A DNA stretch of 53,667 nucleotides from Raja brachyura (taxonomy: Eukaryota): assembly GCA_963514005.1 (NCBI GenBank), contig OY740795.1, positions 59,034,334 to 59,088,000 on the forward strand, written 5' to 3'. Below are positions 20,986-34,954 of the stretch, in pieces. Each line of letters opens with the position of its first letter. The first letter of the stretch is position 1. Below the pieces are notes generated by a model that saw only the letters and a list, made by a program, of their open reading frames with translations, made no database searches and was not told where the DNA came from. A program made the translations under genes and the position numbers.

Positions 20986-23900
20986 CTAGACACAAAACCC
21001 ACTCCGCTAGACCCAAACCCACTCCGCTAGACCCAAACCCACTCCGCTAGACCCAATACCCACTCCGCTAGACCCAAACCCACTCCGCTAGACCCAAACC
21101 CCCTCCGCTAGACCCAAAACCACTCCGCTAGATCCAAACCCACTCCGCTAGACCCAAACCCTCTCCGCTAGACCCAAACCCACTGCGCTAGACCCAAACC
21201 CACTCCGCTAGACCCAAACCAACTCCGCTAGACCCAAACCCACTCCACTAGAACCAAACCCACTCCGCTAGACCCAAACCCACTCCGCTACACGGAAACC
21301 CACTCCGCCAGACCCACACTCCCACTCCGCTAGACCCACACTCCCACTCCGCTAGACCCAAAACCCACTCCGCGAGACCCAAACCACTCCGCAAGACCCA
21401 AACCCACTCCGCTAGACCCAAACCCACACCGTTAGACCCAAATCCACTCCGCCAGACCCACACTCCCACTCCGCTAGACCCAAACCCACTCCGCTAAACC
21501 CACACTCCCACTCCGCTAGACCCAAACCCACTCCTCTAGACCCAAACCCACTCCGCTAGACCCAAACCCACTCCGCTAGACCCAAACCCACTCCGCTAGG
21601 CCCAAACCCACTCCGCTAGACACAAAACCCACTCTGCTCGACCCAAACCCACTCCGCTATACCCAAACCCACTCCGCTAGACACAATACCCACTCCGCTA
21701 GACCCAAACCCACTCCGCTAGACCCAAACCCACTCCGCTAGACCCAAACCCACTCCGCTAGACCCAAACCCACTTCGCTATACCCAAACCCACTCCGCTA
21801 GAACCAAACCCACTCCGCTAGACCCAAACCCACTCCGCTACCCGCAAACCCACTCAGCTAGTCCCAAACCCACTCCGCTAGACCCAAACCCACTCCGCTA
21901 GACCCACACTCCCACTCCGCTAGACCCAAACCCACTCCGCTAGACCCAATCCCACTCCGCTAGACCCAAACCCACTCCGCTAGACCCAAACCCACTCCGC
22001 TAGGCCCAAACCCACTCCGCTAGACACAAAACCCACTCCGCTAGACCCAAACCCACTCCACTATATCCAAACCCACTCCGCTAGACCCAAACCCACTCCG
22101 CTAGAACCAAAACCACTCTGCTAGATCCAAACCCACTCCGCTAGAACCAAACCCTCTCCGCGAGACCCAAACCCACTGCACTAGACCCAAACCCACTCCG
22201 GTAGACCCAAACCCACTCCGCTAGACCCAAACCCACTCCGCTAGAACCAAACCCACTCCGCTAGACCCAAACCCACTCCGCTACACGCAAACCCACTCTG
22301 CTAGACCCACACTCCCACTCCGCTAGACCCACACTCCCAATCCGCTAGACCCACACTCCCACTCCGCTAGACCTAAACCACTCCGCAAGACCCAAACCCA
22401 CTCCGCTAGACCCAAACCCACTCCGTTAGACCCAAATCCACTCCGCTAGACCCACACTCCCACTCCGCTAGACCCAAACCCACTCCGCTAGACCCACACT
22501 CCCACTCCGCTAGACCCAAACCCACTCCGCTAGACCCAAACCCACTCCGCTAGACCCAAACCCACTCCGCTAGACCCAAACCCACTCCGCTAGGCCCAAA
22601 CCCACTCCGCTAGACACAAAACCCACTCCGCTCGACCCAAACCCACTCCGCTATACCCAAACCCACTCCGCTAGACCCAAATCCACTCCGCTAGACCCAC
22701 ACTCCCACTCCGCTAGACCCAAACCCACTCCGCTAGACCCACACTCCCACTCCGCTAGACCCAAACCCACTCCGCTAGACCCAAACCCACTCCGCTAGAC
22801 CTAAACCCACTCCGCTAGACCCAAACCCACTCCGCTAGGCCCAAACCCACTCCGCTAGACACAAAACCCACTCCGCTCGACCCAAACCCACTCCGCTATA
22901 CCCAAACCCACTCCGCTAGACCCAATACCCACTCCGCTAGACCCAAACCCACTCCGCTAGACCCAAACCCACTCCGCTAGACCCAAACCCTCTCTGCTAG
23001 ACACAAACCCACTTCGCTATACCCAAACCCACTCCGCTAGAACCAAACCCACTCCGCTAGACCCAAACCCACTCCGCTACCCGCAAACCCACTCTGCTAG
23101 ACCAACACTCCCACTCCGCTAGACCCACACTCCCACTCCGCTAGACCCACACTCCCACTCCGCTAGACCCAAACCACTCCGCAAGACCCAAACCCACTCC
23201 GCTAGACCCAAACCCACTCCGCTAGACCCAAACCCACTCCGCTAGACCTAAACCCACTCCGCTAGACCCAAACCCACTCCGCTAGACCCACACTCACTCC
23301 GCTAGACCCACACTCCCACTCCGCTAGACCCAAACCCATTCCGCTAGACACAAACCCACTCCGCTATACCCAAACCCACTTTGCTAGGCGCAAACCCACT
23401 CAGCTAGTCCCAAACCCACTCCGCTAGACCCAAACCCACTCCGCTAGACCCAATCCCACTCCGCTAGGCCCAAACCCACTCCGCTAGACCCAAACCCACT
23501 CCGCTAGGCCCAAACCCACTCCGCTAGACACAAAACCCACTCCGCTAGACCCAAACCCACTCCGCTATATCCAAACCCACTCCGCTAGACCCAAACCCAC
23601 TCCGCTAGAACCAAAACCACTCCGCTAGATGCAAACCCACTCCGCTAGAACCAAACCCTCTCCGCGAGACCCAAACCCACTGCACTAGACCCAAACCCAC
23701 TCCGCTAAACCCAAACCCACTCCGCTAGACCCAAACCCACTCCGCTAGAACCAAACCCACTCCGCTAGACCCAAACCCACTCCGCTACACGCAAACCCAC
23801 TCCGCTAGACCCACACTCCCACTCCGCTAGACCCACACTCCCAATCCGCTAGACCCACACTCCCACTCCGCTAGACCCAAACCACTCCGCAAGACCCAAA

Positions 23901-26900
23901 CAACTCCGCAAGACCCAAACCCACTCCACTAGACCCAAACCCACTCCGCTAGACCCAAACCCACTCCGCTAGACCTAAACCCACTCCGCTAGACCCAAAC
24001 CCACTCCGCTAGACCTACACTCACTCCGCTAGACCCACACTCACACTCCGCTAGACCCAAACCCATTCCGCTAGACACAAACCCACTCCGCTATACCCAA
24101 ACCCACTTTGCTAGACGCAATCCCACTCAGCTAGTCCCAAACCCACTCCGCTAGACCCAAACCCACTCCGCTTGACCCACACTCCCACTCCGCTAGACCC
24201 AAACCCACTCCGCTAGACCCAAACCCACTCCACTAGACCCAAACCCACTCCGGTAGACCCAAACCCACTCCGCTAGGCCCAAACCCACTCCGCTAGACAC
24301 AAAACCCACTCCGCTAGACCCAAACCCACTCCGCTATACCCAAACCTGCTCAGCTAGACCCAATACCCACTCCGCTAGACCCAAACCCACTCCGCTAGAC
24401 CCAAAACCACTCTGCTAGATCCAAACCCACTCCGCTAGAACCAAACCCTCTCCGCGAGACCCAAACCCACTGCACTAGACCCAAACCCACTCCGCTAGAC
24501 CCAAACCCACACCGCTAGACCCAAACCCACTCCGCTAGAACCAAACCCACTCCGCTAGACCCAAACCCACTCCGCAACACGCAAACCCACTCCGCTAGAC
24601 CAACACTCCCACTCCGCTAGACCCACACTCCCACTCCGCTAGACCCACACTCCCACTCCGCTAGACCCAAACCACTCCGCAAGACCCAAACCCACTCCGC
24701 TAGACCCAAACCCACTCCGCTAGACCCAAACCCAATCCGCTAGACCTAAACCCACTCCGCTAGACCCAAACCCACTCCGCTAGACCCACACTCACTCCGC
24801 TAGACCCACACTCCCACTCCGCTAGACCCAAACCCATTCCGCTAGACACAAACCCACTCCTCTATACCCAAACCCACTTTGCTAGGCGCAAACCCACTCA
24901 GCTAGTCCCAAACCCACTCCGCTAGACCCAAACCCACTCCGCTAGACCCAATCCCACTCCGCTAGGCCCAAACCCACTCCGCTAGACCCAAACCCACTCC
25001 GCTAGGCCCAAACCCACTCCGCTAGACACAAAACCCACTCCACTAGACCCAAACCCACTCCGCTATATCCAAACCCACTCCGCTAGACCCAAACCCACTC
25101 CGCTAGAACCAAAACCACTCCGCTAGATGCAAACCCACTCCGCTAGAACCAAACCCTCTCCGCGAGACCCAAACCCACTGCACTAGACCCAAACCCACTC
25201 CGCTAGACCCAAACCCACTCCACTAGACCCAAACCCACTCCGCTACACGCAAACCCAATCCGCTAGACCCACACTCCCACTCCGCTAGACCCACACTCCC
25301 AATCCGCTAGACCCACACTCCCACTCCGCTAGACCCAAACCCACTCCGTTAGACCCAAATCCACTCCGCTAGACCCACACTCCCACTCCGCTAGACCCAA
25401 ACCCACTCCGCTAGACCCACACTCCCACTCCGCTAGACCCAAACCCACTCCGCTAGACCCAAACCCAATCCGCTAGACCCAAACCCACTCCGCTAGACCC
25501 AAACCCACTCCGCTAGGCCCAAACCCACTCCGCTAGACACAAAACCCACTCCGCTCGACCCAAACCCACTCCGCTATACCCAAACCCACTCCGCTAGACA
25601 CAATACCCACTCCGCTAGACCGAAACCCACTCCGCTAGACCCAAACCCATTCCGCTAGACCCAAACCCACTTCGCTAGACCCAAACCCACTTCGCTATAC
25701 CCAAACGCACTCCGCTAGAACCAAACCCACTTCGCTAGACCCAAACCCACTCCGCTACACGCAAACCCACTCCGCTAGACCCGCACTCCCACTCCGCTAG
25801 ACCCACACTCCCACTCCGCTAGACCCACACTCCCACTCCGCTAGACACAAATAACTCCGCAAGACCCAAACCCACTCCACTAGACCCAAACCCACTCCGC
25901 TAGACCAACACTCCCACTCCGCTAGACCCACACTCCCACTCCGCTAGACCCACACTCCCACTCCGCTAGACCCAAACCACTCCGCAAGACCCAAACCCAC
26001 TCCGCTAGACCCAAACCCACTCCGCTAGACCCAAACCCACTCCGCTAGACCTAAACCCACTCCGCTAGACCCAAACCCACTCCGTTAGACCCACACTCAC
26101 TCCGCTAGACCCACACTCCCACTCCGCTAGACCCAAACCCATTCCGCTAGACACAAACCCACTCCGCAATAACCAAACCCACTTTGCTAGGCGCAAACCC
26201 ACTCAGCTAGTCCCAAACCCACTCCGCTAGACCCAAACCCACTCCGCTAGACCCAATCCCACTCCGCTAGGCCCAAACCCACTCCGCTAGACCCAAACCC
26301 ACTCCGCTAGGCCCAAACCCACTCCGCTAGACACAAAACCCACTCCGCTAGACCCAAACCCACTCCGCTATATCCAAACCCACTCCGCTAGACCCAAACC
26401 CACTCCGCTAGAACCAAAACCACTCCGCTAGATGCAAACCCACTCCGCTAGAACCAAACCCTCTCCGCGAGACCCAAACCCACTGCACTAGACCCAAACC
26501 CACTCCGCTAGACCCAAACCCACTCCGCTAGACCCAAACCCACTCCGCTAGAACCAAACCCACTCCGCGAGACCCAAACCCACTCCGCTACACGCAAACC
26601 CACTCCGCTAGACCCACACTCCCACTCCGCTAGACCCACACTCCCAATACGCTAGACCCACACTCCCACTCCGCTAGACCCAAACCACTCCGCAAGACCC
26701 AAACCCACTCTGCTAGACCCAAACCCACTCCGTTAGACCCAAATCCACTCCGCTAGACCCACACTCCCACTCCGCTAGACCCAAACCCACTCCGCTAGAC
26801 CCACACTCCCACTCCGCTAGACCCAAACCCACTCCGCTAGACCCAAACCCACTCCGCTAGACCCAAACCCACTCCGCTAGACCCAAACCCACTCCGCTAG

Positions 26901-29900
26901 GCCCAAACCCACTCCGCTAGACACAAAACCCACTCCGCTCGACCCAAACCCACTCCGCTATACCCAAACCCACTCCGCTAGACCCAAATCCACTCCGCTA
27001 GACCCACACTCCCACTCCGCTAGACCCAAACCCACTCCGCTAGACCCACACTCCCACTCCGCTAGACCCAAACCCACTCCGCTAGACCCAAACCCACTCC
27101 GCTAGACCTAAACCCACTCCGCTAGACCCAAACCCACTCCGCTAGGCCCAAACCCACTCCGCTAGACACAAAACCCACTCCGCTCGACCCAAACCCACTC
27201 CGCTATACCCAAACCCACTCCGCTAGACCCAATACCCACTCCGCTAGACCCAAACCCACTCCGCTAGACCCAAACCCACTCCGCTAGACCCAAACCCTCT
27301 CTGCTAGACACAAACCCACTTCGCTATACCCAAACCCACTCCGCTAGAACCAAACCCACTCCGCTAGACCCAAACCCACTCCGCTACCCGCAAACCCACT
27401 CCGCTACCCGCAAACCCACTCTGCTAGACCAACACTCCCACTCCGCTAGACCCACACTCCCACTCCGCTAGGCCCACACTCCCACTCCGCTAGACCCAAA
27501 CCACTCCGCAAGACCCAAACCCACTCCGCTAGACCCAAACCCACTCCGCTAGACCCAAACCCACTCCGCTAGACCCAAACCCACTCCGCTAGACCCAAAC
27601 CCACTCCGCTAGACCCACACTCACTCCGCTAGACCCACACTCCCACTCCGCTAGACCCAAACCCATTCCGCTAGACACAAACCCACTCCGCTATACCCAA
27701 ACCCACTTTGCTAGGCGCAAACCCACTCAGCTAGTCCCAAACCCACTCCGCTAGACCCAAACCCACTCCGCTAGACCCAATCCCACTCCGCTAGGCCCAA
27801 ACCCACTCCGCTAGACCCAAACCCACTCCGCTAGGCCCAAACCCACTCCGCTAGACACAAAACCCACTCCGCTAGACCCAAACCCACTCCGCTATATCCA
27901 AACCCACTCCGCTAGACCCAAACCCACTCCGCTAGAACCAAAACCACTCCGCTAGATGCAAACCCACTCCGCTAGAACCAAACCCTCTCCGCGAGACCCA
28001 AACCCACTGCACTAGACCCAAACCCACTCCGCTAAACCCAAACCCACTCCGCTAGACCCAAACCCACTCCGCTAGAACCAAACCCACTCCGCTAGACCCA
28101 AACCCACTCCGCTACACGCAAACCCACTCCGCTAGACCCACACTCCCACTCCGCTAGACCCACACTCCCAATCCGCTAGACCCACACTCCCACTCCGCTA
28201 GACCCAAACCACTCCGCAAGACCCAAACAACTCCGCAAGACCCAAACCCACTCCACTAGACCCAAACCCACTCCGCTAGACCCAAACCCACTCCGCTAGA
28301 CCTAAACCCACTCCGCTAGACCCAAACCCACTCCGCTAGACCTACACTCACTCCGCTAGACCCACACTCACACTCCGCTAGACCCAAACCCATTCCGCTA
28401 GACACAAACCCACTCCGCTATACCCAAACCCACTTTGCTAGACGCAATCCCACTCAGCTAGTCCCAAACCCACTCCGCTAGACCCAAACCCACTCCGCTT
28501 GACCCACACTCCCACTCCGCTAGACCCAAACCCACTCCGCTAGACCCAAACCCACTCCGCTAGACCCAAACCCACTCCGGTAGACCCAAACCCACTCCGC
28601 TAGGCCCAAACCCACTCCGCTAGACACAAAACCCACTCCGCTAGACCCAAACCCACTCCGCTATACCCAAACCTGCTCAGCTAGACCCAATACCCACTCC
28701 GCTAGACCCAAACCCACTCCGCTAGACCCAAAACCACTCTGCTAGATCCAAACCCACTCCGCTAGAACCAAACCCTCTCCGCGAGACCCAAACCCACTGC
28801 ACTAGACCCAAACCCACTCCGCTAGACCCAAACCCACACCGCTAGACCCAAACCCACTCCGCTAGAACCAAACCCACTCCGCTAGACCCAAACCCACTCC
28901 GCTACACGCAAACCCACTCCGCTAGACCAACACTCCCACTCCGCTAGACCCACACTCCCACTCCGCTAGACCCACACTCCCACTCCGCTAGACCCAAACC
29001 ACTCCGCAAGACCCAAACCCACTCCGCTAGACCCAAACCCACTCCGCTAGACCCAAACCCAATCCGCTAGACCTAAACCCACTCCGCTAGACCCAAACCC
29101 ACTCCGCTAGACCCACACTCACTCCGCTAGACCCACACTCCCACTCCGCTAGACCCAAACCCATTCCGCTAGACACAAACCCACTCCTCTATACCCAAAC
29201 CCACTTTGCTAGGCGCAAACCCACTCAGCTAGTCCCAAACCCACTCCGCTAGACCCAAACCCACTCCGCTAGACCCAATCCCACTCCGCTAGGCCCAAAC
29301 CCACTCCGCTAGACCCAAACCCACTCCGCTAGGCCCAAACCCACTCCGCTAGACACAAAACCCACTCCACTAGACCCAAACCCACTCCGCTATATCCAAA
29401 CCCACTCCGCTAGACCCAAACCCACTCCGCTAGAACCAAAACCACTCCGCTAGATGCAAACCCACTCCGCTAGAACCAAACCCTCTCCGCGAGACCCAAA
29501 CCCACTGCACTAGACCCAAACCCACTCCGCTAGACCCAAACCCACTCCACTAGACCCAAACCCACTCCGCTACACGCAAACCCAATCCGCTAGACCCACA
29601 CTCCCACTCCGCTAGACCCACACTCCCAATCCGCTAGACCCACACTCCCACTCCGCTAGACCCAAACCCACTCCGTTAGACCCAAATCCACTCCGCTAGA
29701 CCCACACTCCCACTACGCTAGACCCAAACCCACTCCGCTAGACCCACACTCCCACTCCGCTAGACCCAAACCCACTCCGCTAGACCCAAACCCAATCCGC
29801 TAGACCCAAACCCACTCCGCTAGACCCAAACCCACTCCGCTAGGCCCAAACCCACTCCGCTAGACACAAAACCCACTCCGCTCGACCCAAACCCACTCCG

Positions 29901-32900
29901 CTATACCCAAACCCACTCCGCTAGACACAATACCCACTCCGCTAGACCGAAACCCACTCCGCTAGACCCAAACCCATTCCGCTAGACCCAAACCCACTTC
30001 GCTAGACCCAAACCCACTTCGCTATACCCAAACGCACTCCGCTAGAACCAAACCCACTTCGCTAGACCCAAACCCACTCCGCTACACGCAAACCCACTCC
30101 GCTAGACCCGCACTCCCACTCCGCTAGACCCACACTCCCACTCCGCTAGACCCACACTCCCACTCCGCTAGACACAAATAACTCCGCAAGACCCAAACCC
30201 ACTCCACTAGACCCAAACCCACTCCGCTAGACCAACACTCCCACTCCGCTAGACCCACACTCCCACTCCGCTAGACCCACACTCCCACTCCGCTAGACCC
30301 AAACCACTCCGCAAGACCCAAACCCACTCCGCTAGACCCAAACCCACTCCGCTAGACCCAAACCCACTCCGCTAGACCTAAACCCACTCCGCTAGACCCA
30401 AACCCACTCCGCTAGACCCACACTCACTCCGCTAGACCCACACTCCCACTCCGCTAGACCCAAACCCATTCCGCTAGACACAAACCCACTCCGCTATAAC
30501 CAAACCCACTTTGCTAGGCGCAAACCCACTCAGCTAGTCCCAAACCCACTCCGCTAGACCCAAACCCACTCCGCTAGACCCAATCCCACTCCGCTAGGCC
30601 CAAACCCACTCCGCTAGACCCAAACCCACTCCGCTAGGCCCAAACCCACTCCGCTAGACACAAAACCCACTCCGCTAGACCCAAACCCACTCCGCTATAT
30701 CCAAACCCACTCCGCTAGACCCAAACCCACTCCGCTAGAACCAAAACCACTCCGCTAGATGCAAACCCACTCCGCTAGAACCAAACCCTCTCCGCGAGAC
30801 CCAAACCCACTGCACTAGACCCAAACCCACTCCGCTAGACCCAAACCCACTCCGCTAGACCCAAACCCACTCCGCTAGAACCAAACCCACTCCGCGAGAC
30901 CCAAACCCACTCCGCTACACGCAAACCCACTCCGCTAGACCCACACTCCCACTCCGCTAGACCCACACTCCCAATACGCTAGACCCACACTCCCACTCCG
31001 CTAGACCCAAACCACTCCGCAAGACCCAAACCCACTCCGCTAGACCCAAACCCACTCCGTTAGACCCAAATCCACTCCGCTAGACCCACACTCCCACTCC
31101 ACTAGACCCAAACCCACTCCGCTAGACCCACACTCCCACTCCGCTAGACCCAAACCCACTCCGCTAGACCCAAACCCACTCCGCTAGACCCAAACCCACT
31201 CCGCTAGACCCAAACCCACTCCGCTAGGCCCAAACCCACTCCGCTAGACACAAAACCCACTCCGCTCGACCCAAACCCACTCCGCTAGATGCAAACCCAC
31301 TCCGCTAGAACCAAACCCTCTCCGCGAGACCCAAACCCACTGCACTAGACCCAAACCCACTCCGCTAGACCCAAACCCACTCCACTAGACCCAAACCCAC
31401 TCCGCTACACGCAAACCCAATCCGCTAGACCCACACTCCCACTCCGCTAGACCCACACTCCCAATCCGCTAGACCCACACTCCCACTCCGCTAGACCCAA
31501 ACCCACTCCGTTAGACCCAAATCCACTCCGCTAGACCCACACTCCCACTCCGCTAGACCCAAACCCACTCCGCTAGACCCACACTCCCACTCCGCTAGAC
31601 CCAAACCCACTCCGCTAGACCCAAACCCAATCCGCTAGACCCAAACCCACTCCGCTAGACCCAAACCCACTCCGCTAGGCGCAAACCCACTCCGCTAGAC
31701 ACAAAACCCACTCCGCTCGACCCAAACCCACTCCGCTATACCCAAACCCACTCCGCTAGACACAATACCCACTCCGCTAGACCGAAACCCACTCCGCTAG
31801 ACCCAAACCCATTCCGCTAGACCCAAACCCACTTCGCTAGACCCAAACCCACTTCGCTATACCCAAACACACTCCGCTAGAACCAAACCCACTTCGCTAG
31901 ACCCAAACCCACTCCGCTACACGCAAACCCACTCCGCTAGACCCGCACTCCCACTCCGCTAGACCCACACTCCCACTCCGCTAGACCCACACTCCCACTC
32001 CGCTAGACACAAATAACTCCGCAAGACCCAAACCCACTCCACTAGACCCAAACCCACTCCGCTAGACCAACACTCCCACTCCGCTAGACCCACACTCCCA
32101 CTCCGCTAGACCCACACTCCCACTCCGCTAGACCCAAACCACTCCGCAAGACCCAAACCCACTCCGCTAGACCTAAACCCACTCCGCTAGACCCAAACCC
32201 ACTCCGCTAGACCTAAACCCACTCCGCTAGACCCAAACCCACTCCGCTAGACCCACACTCACTCCGCTAGACCCACACTCCCACTCCGCTAGACCCAAAC
32301 CCATTCCGCTAGACACAAACCCACTCCGCTATAACCAAACCCACTTTGCTAGGCGCAAACCCACTCAGCTAGTCCCAAACCCACTCCGCTAGACCCAAAC
32401 CCACTCCGCTAGACCCAATCCCACTCCGCTAGGCCCAAACCCACTCCGCTAGACCCAAACCCACTCCGCTAGGCCCAAACCCACTCCGCTAGACACAAAA
32501 CCCACTCCGCTAGACCCAAACCCACTCCGCTATATCCAAACCCACTCCGCTAGACCCAAACCCACTCCGCTAGAACCAAAACCACTCCGCTAGATGCAAA
32601 CCCACTCCGCTAGAACCAAACCCTCTCCGCGAGACCCAAACCCACTGCACTAGACCCAAACCCACTCCGCTAGACCCAAACCCACTCCGCTAGACCCAAA
32701 CCCACTCCGCTAGAACCAAACCCACTCCGCGAGACCCAAACCCACTCTGCTACACGCAAACCCACTCCGCTAGACCCACACTCCCACTCCGCTAGACCCA
32801 CACTCCCAATACGCTAGACCCACACTCCCACTCCGCTAGACCCAAACCACTCCGCAAGACCCAAACCCACTCCGCTAGACCCAAACCCACTCCGTTAGAC

Positions 32901-34954
32901 CCAAATCCACTCCGCTAGACCCACACTCCCACTCCACTAGACCCAAACCCACTCCGCTAGACCCACACTCCCACTCCGCTAGACCCAAACCCACTCCGCT
33001 AGACCCAAACCCACCCCGCTAGACCCAAACCCACTCCGCTAGACCCAAACCCACTCCGCTAGGCCCAAACCCACTCCGCTAGACACAAAACCCACTCCGC
33101 TCGACCCAAACCCACTCCGATATACCCAAACCCACTACGCTAGACCCAATACCCACTCCGCTAGACCGAAACCCACTCCGCTAGACCCAAACCCACTTCG
33201 CTATACCCAAACGCACTCCGCTAGAACCAAACCCACTCCGCTAGACCCAAACCCACTCCGCTACACGCAAACCCACTCCGCTAGACCCACACTCCCACTC
33301 CGCTAGACCCACACTCCCACTCCGCTAGACCCACACTCCCACTCCGCTAGACCCACACTCCCACTCCGCTAGACCCACACTCCCACTCCGCTAGACCCAA
33401 ACAACTCCGCAAGACCCAAACCCACTCCGCTAGACCCACACCCACTCCGCTAGACCCAAACCCTCTCCGCGAGACCCAAACCCACTGCACTAGACCCAAA
33501 CCCACTCCGCTAGACCCACACTCCCACTCCGCTAGACCCAAACAACTCCGCAAGACCCAAACCCACTCCACTAGACCCAAACCCACTCCGCTAGACCCAA
33601 ACCCTCTCCGCGAGACCCAAACCCACTGCACTAGACCCAAACCCACTCCGCTAGACCCACACTCCCACTCCGCTAGACCCAAACCCACTCCGCTAGACCC
33701 AAACCCACTCCGCTAGACCCAAACCCACTCCGCTAGACCCAAACCCACTCCGCTAGGCCCAAACCCACTCCGCTAGACACAAAACCCACTCCGCTCGACC
33801 CAAACCCACTCCGCTAGACCCAAACCCATTCCGCTAGACCCAAACCCACTCCGCTAGACCCAAACCCACTTCGCTATACCCAAACGCACTCCGCTAGAAC
33901 CAAACCCACTCCGCTAGACCCAAACCCACTCCGCTACACGCAAACCCACTCCGCTAGACCACACTCCCACTCCGCTAGACCCACACTCCCACTCCGCTAG
34001 ACCCACACTCCCACTCCGCTAGACCCAAACAACTCCGCAAGACCCAAACCCACTCCACTAGACCCAAACCCACTCCGCTAGACCCAAACCCACTCCGCTA
34101 GACCTAAACCCACTCCGCTAGACCCAAACCAACTCCGCTAGACCTACACTCACTCCGCTAGACCCACACTCACACTCCGCTAGAACCAAACCCATTCCGC
34201 TAGACACAAACCCACTCCGCTATACCCAAACCCACTTTGCTAGACGCAATCCCACTCAGCTAGTCCCAAACCCACTCCGCTAGACCCAAACCCACTCCGC
34301 TAGACCCACACTCCCACTCCGCTAGACCCAAACCCACTCCGCTAGACCCAAACCCACTCCGCTAGACCCAAACCCACTCCGGTAGACCCAAACCCACTCC
34401 GCTAGGCCCAAACCCACTCCGCTAGACACAAAACCCACTCTGCTAGACCCAAACCCACTCCGCTATACCCAAACCCGCTCAGCTAGACCCAATACCCACT
34501 CCGCTAGACCCAAACCCACTCCGCTAGACCCAAACCACTCTGCTAGATCCAAACCCACTCCGCTAGAACCAAACCCTCTCCGCGAGACCCAAACCCACTG
34601 CACTAGACCCAAACCCACTCCGCTAGACCCAAACCCACACCACTAGACCCAAACCCACTCCGCTAGAACCAAACCCACTCCGCTAGACCCAAACCCACTC
34701 CGCTACACGCAAACCCACTCCGCTAGACCCACACTCCCACTCCGCTAGACCCACACTCCCAATCCGCTAGACCCACACTCCCACTCCGCTAGACCCAAAC
34801 CACTCCGCAAGACCCAAACCCACTCCGCTAGACCCAAACCCACTCCGCTAGACCCACACTCCCGCACCGCTGGACACAAACCCACTCTGCTAGACCCAAA
34901 CCCACTCCGCTAGACCCAAACCCACTCCGCTAGGCCCAAACCCACACCGCTAGA
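20985..34954. repeat. 20-bp satellite array 1 (consensus GACCCAAACCCACTCCGCTA, with 19, 21 and 22-bp variants)
   Basis: About 14 kb of head-to-tail repeats with recurring ordered variants. Confidence 0.98.
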
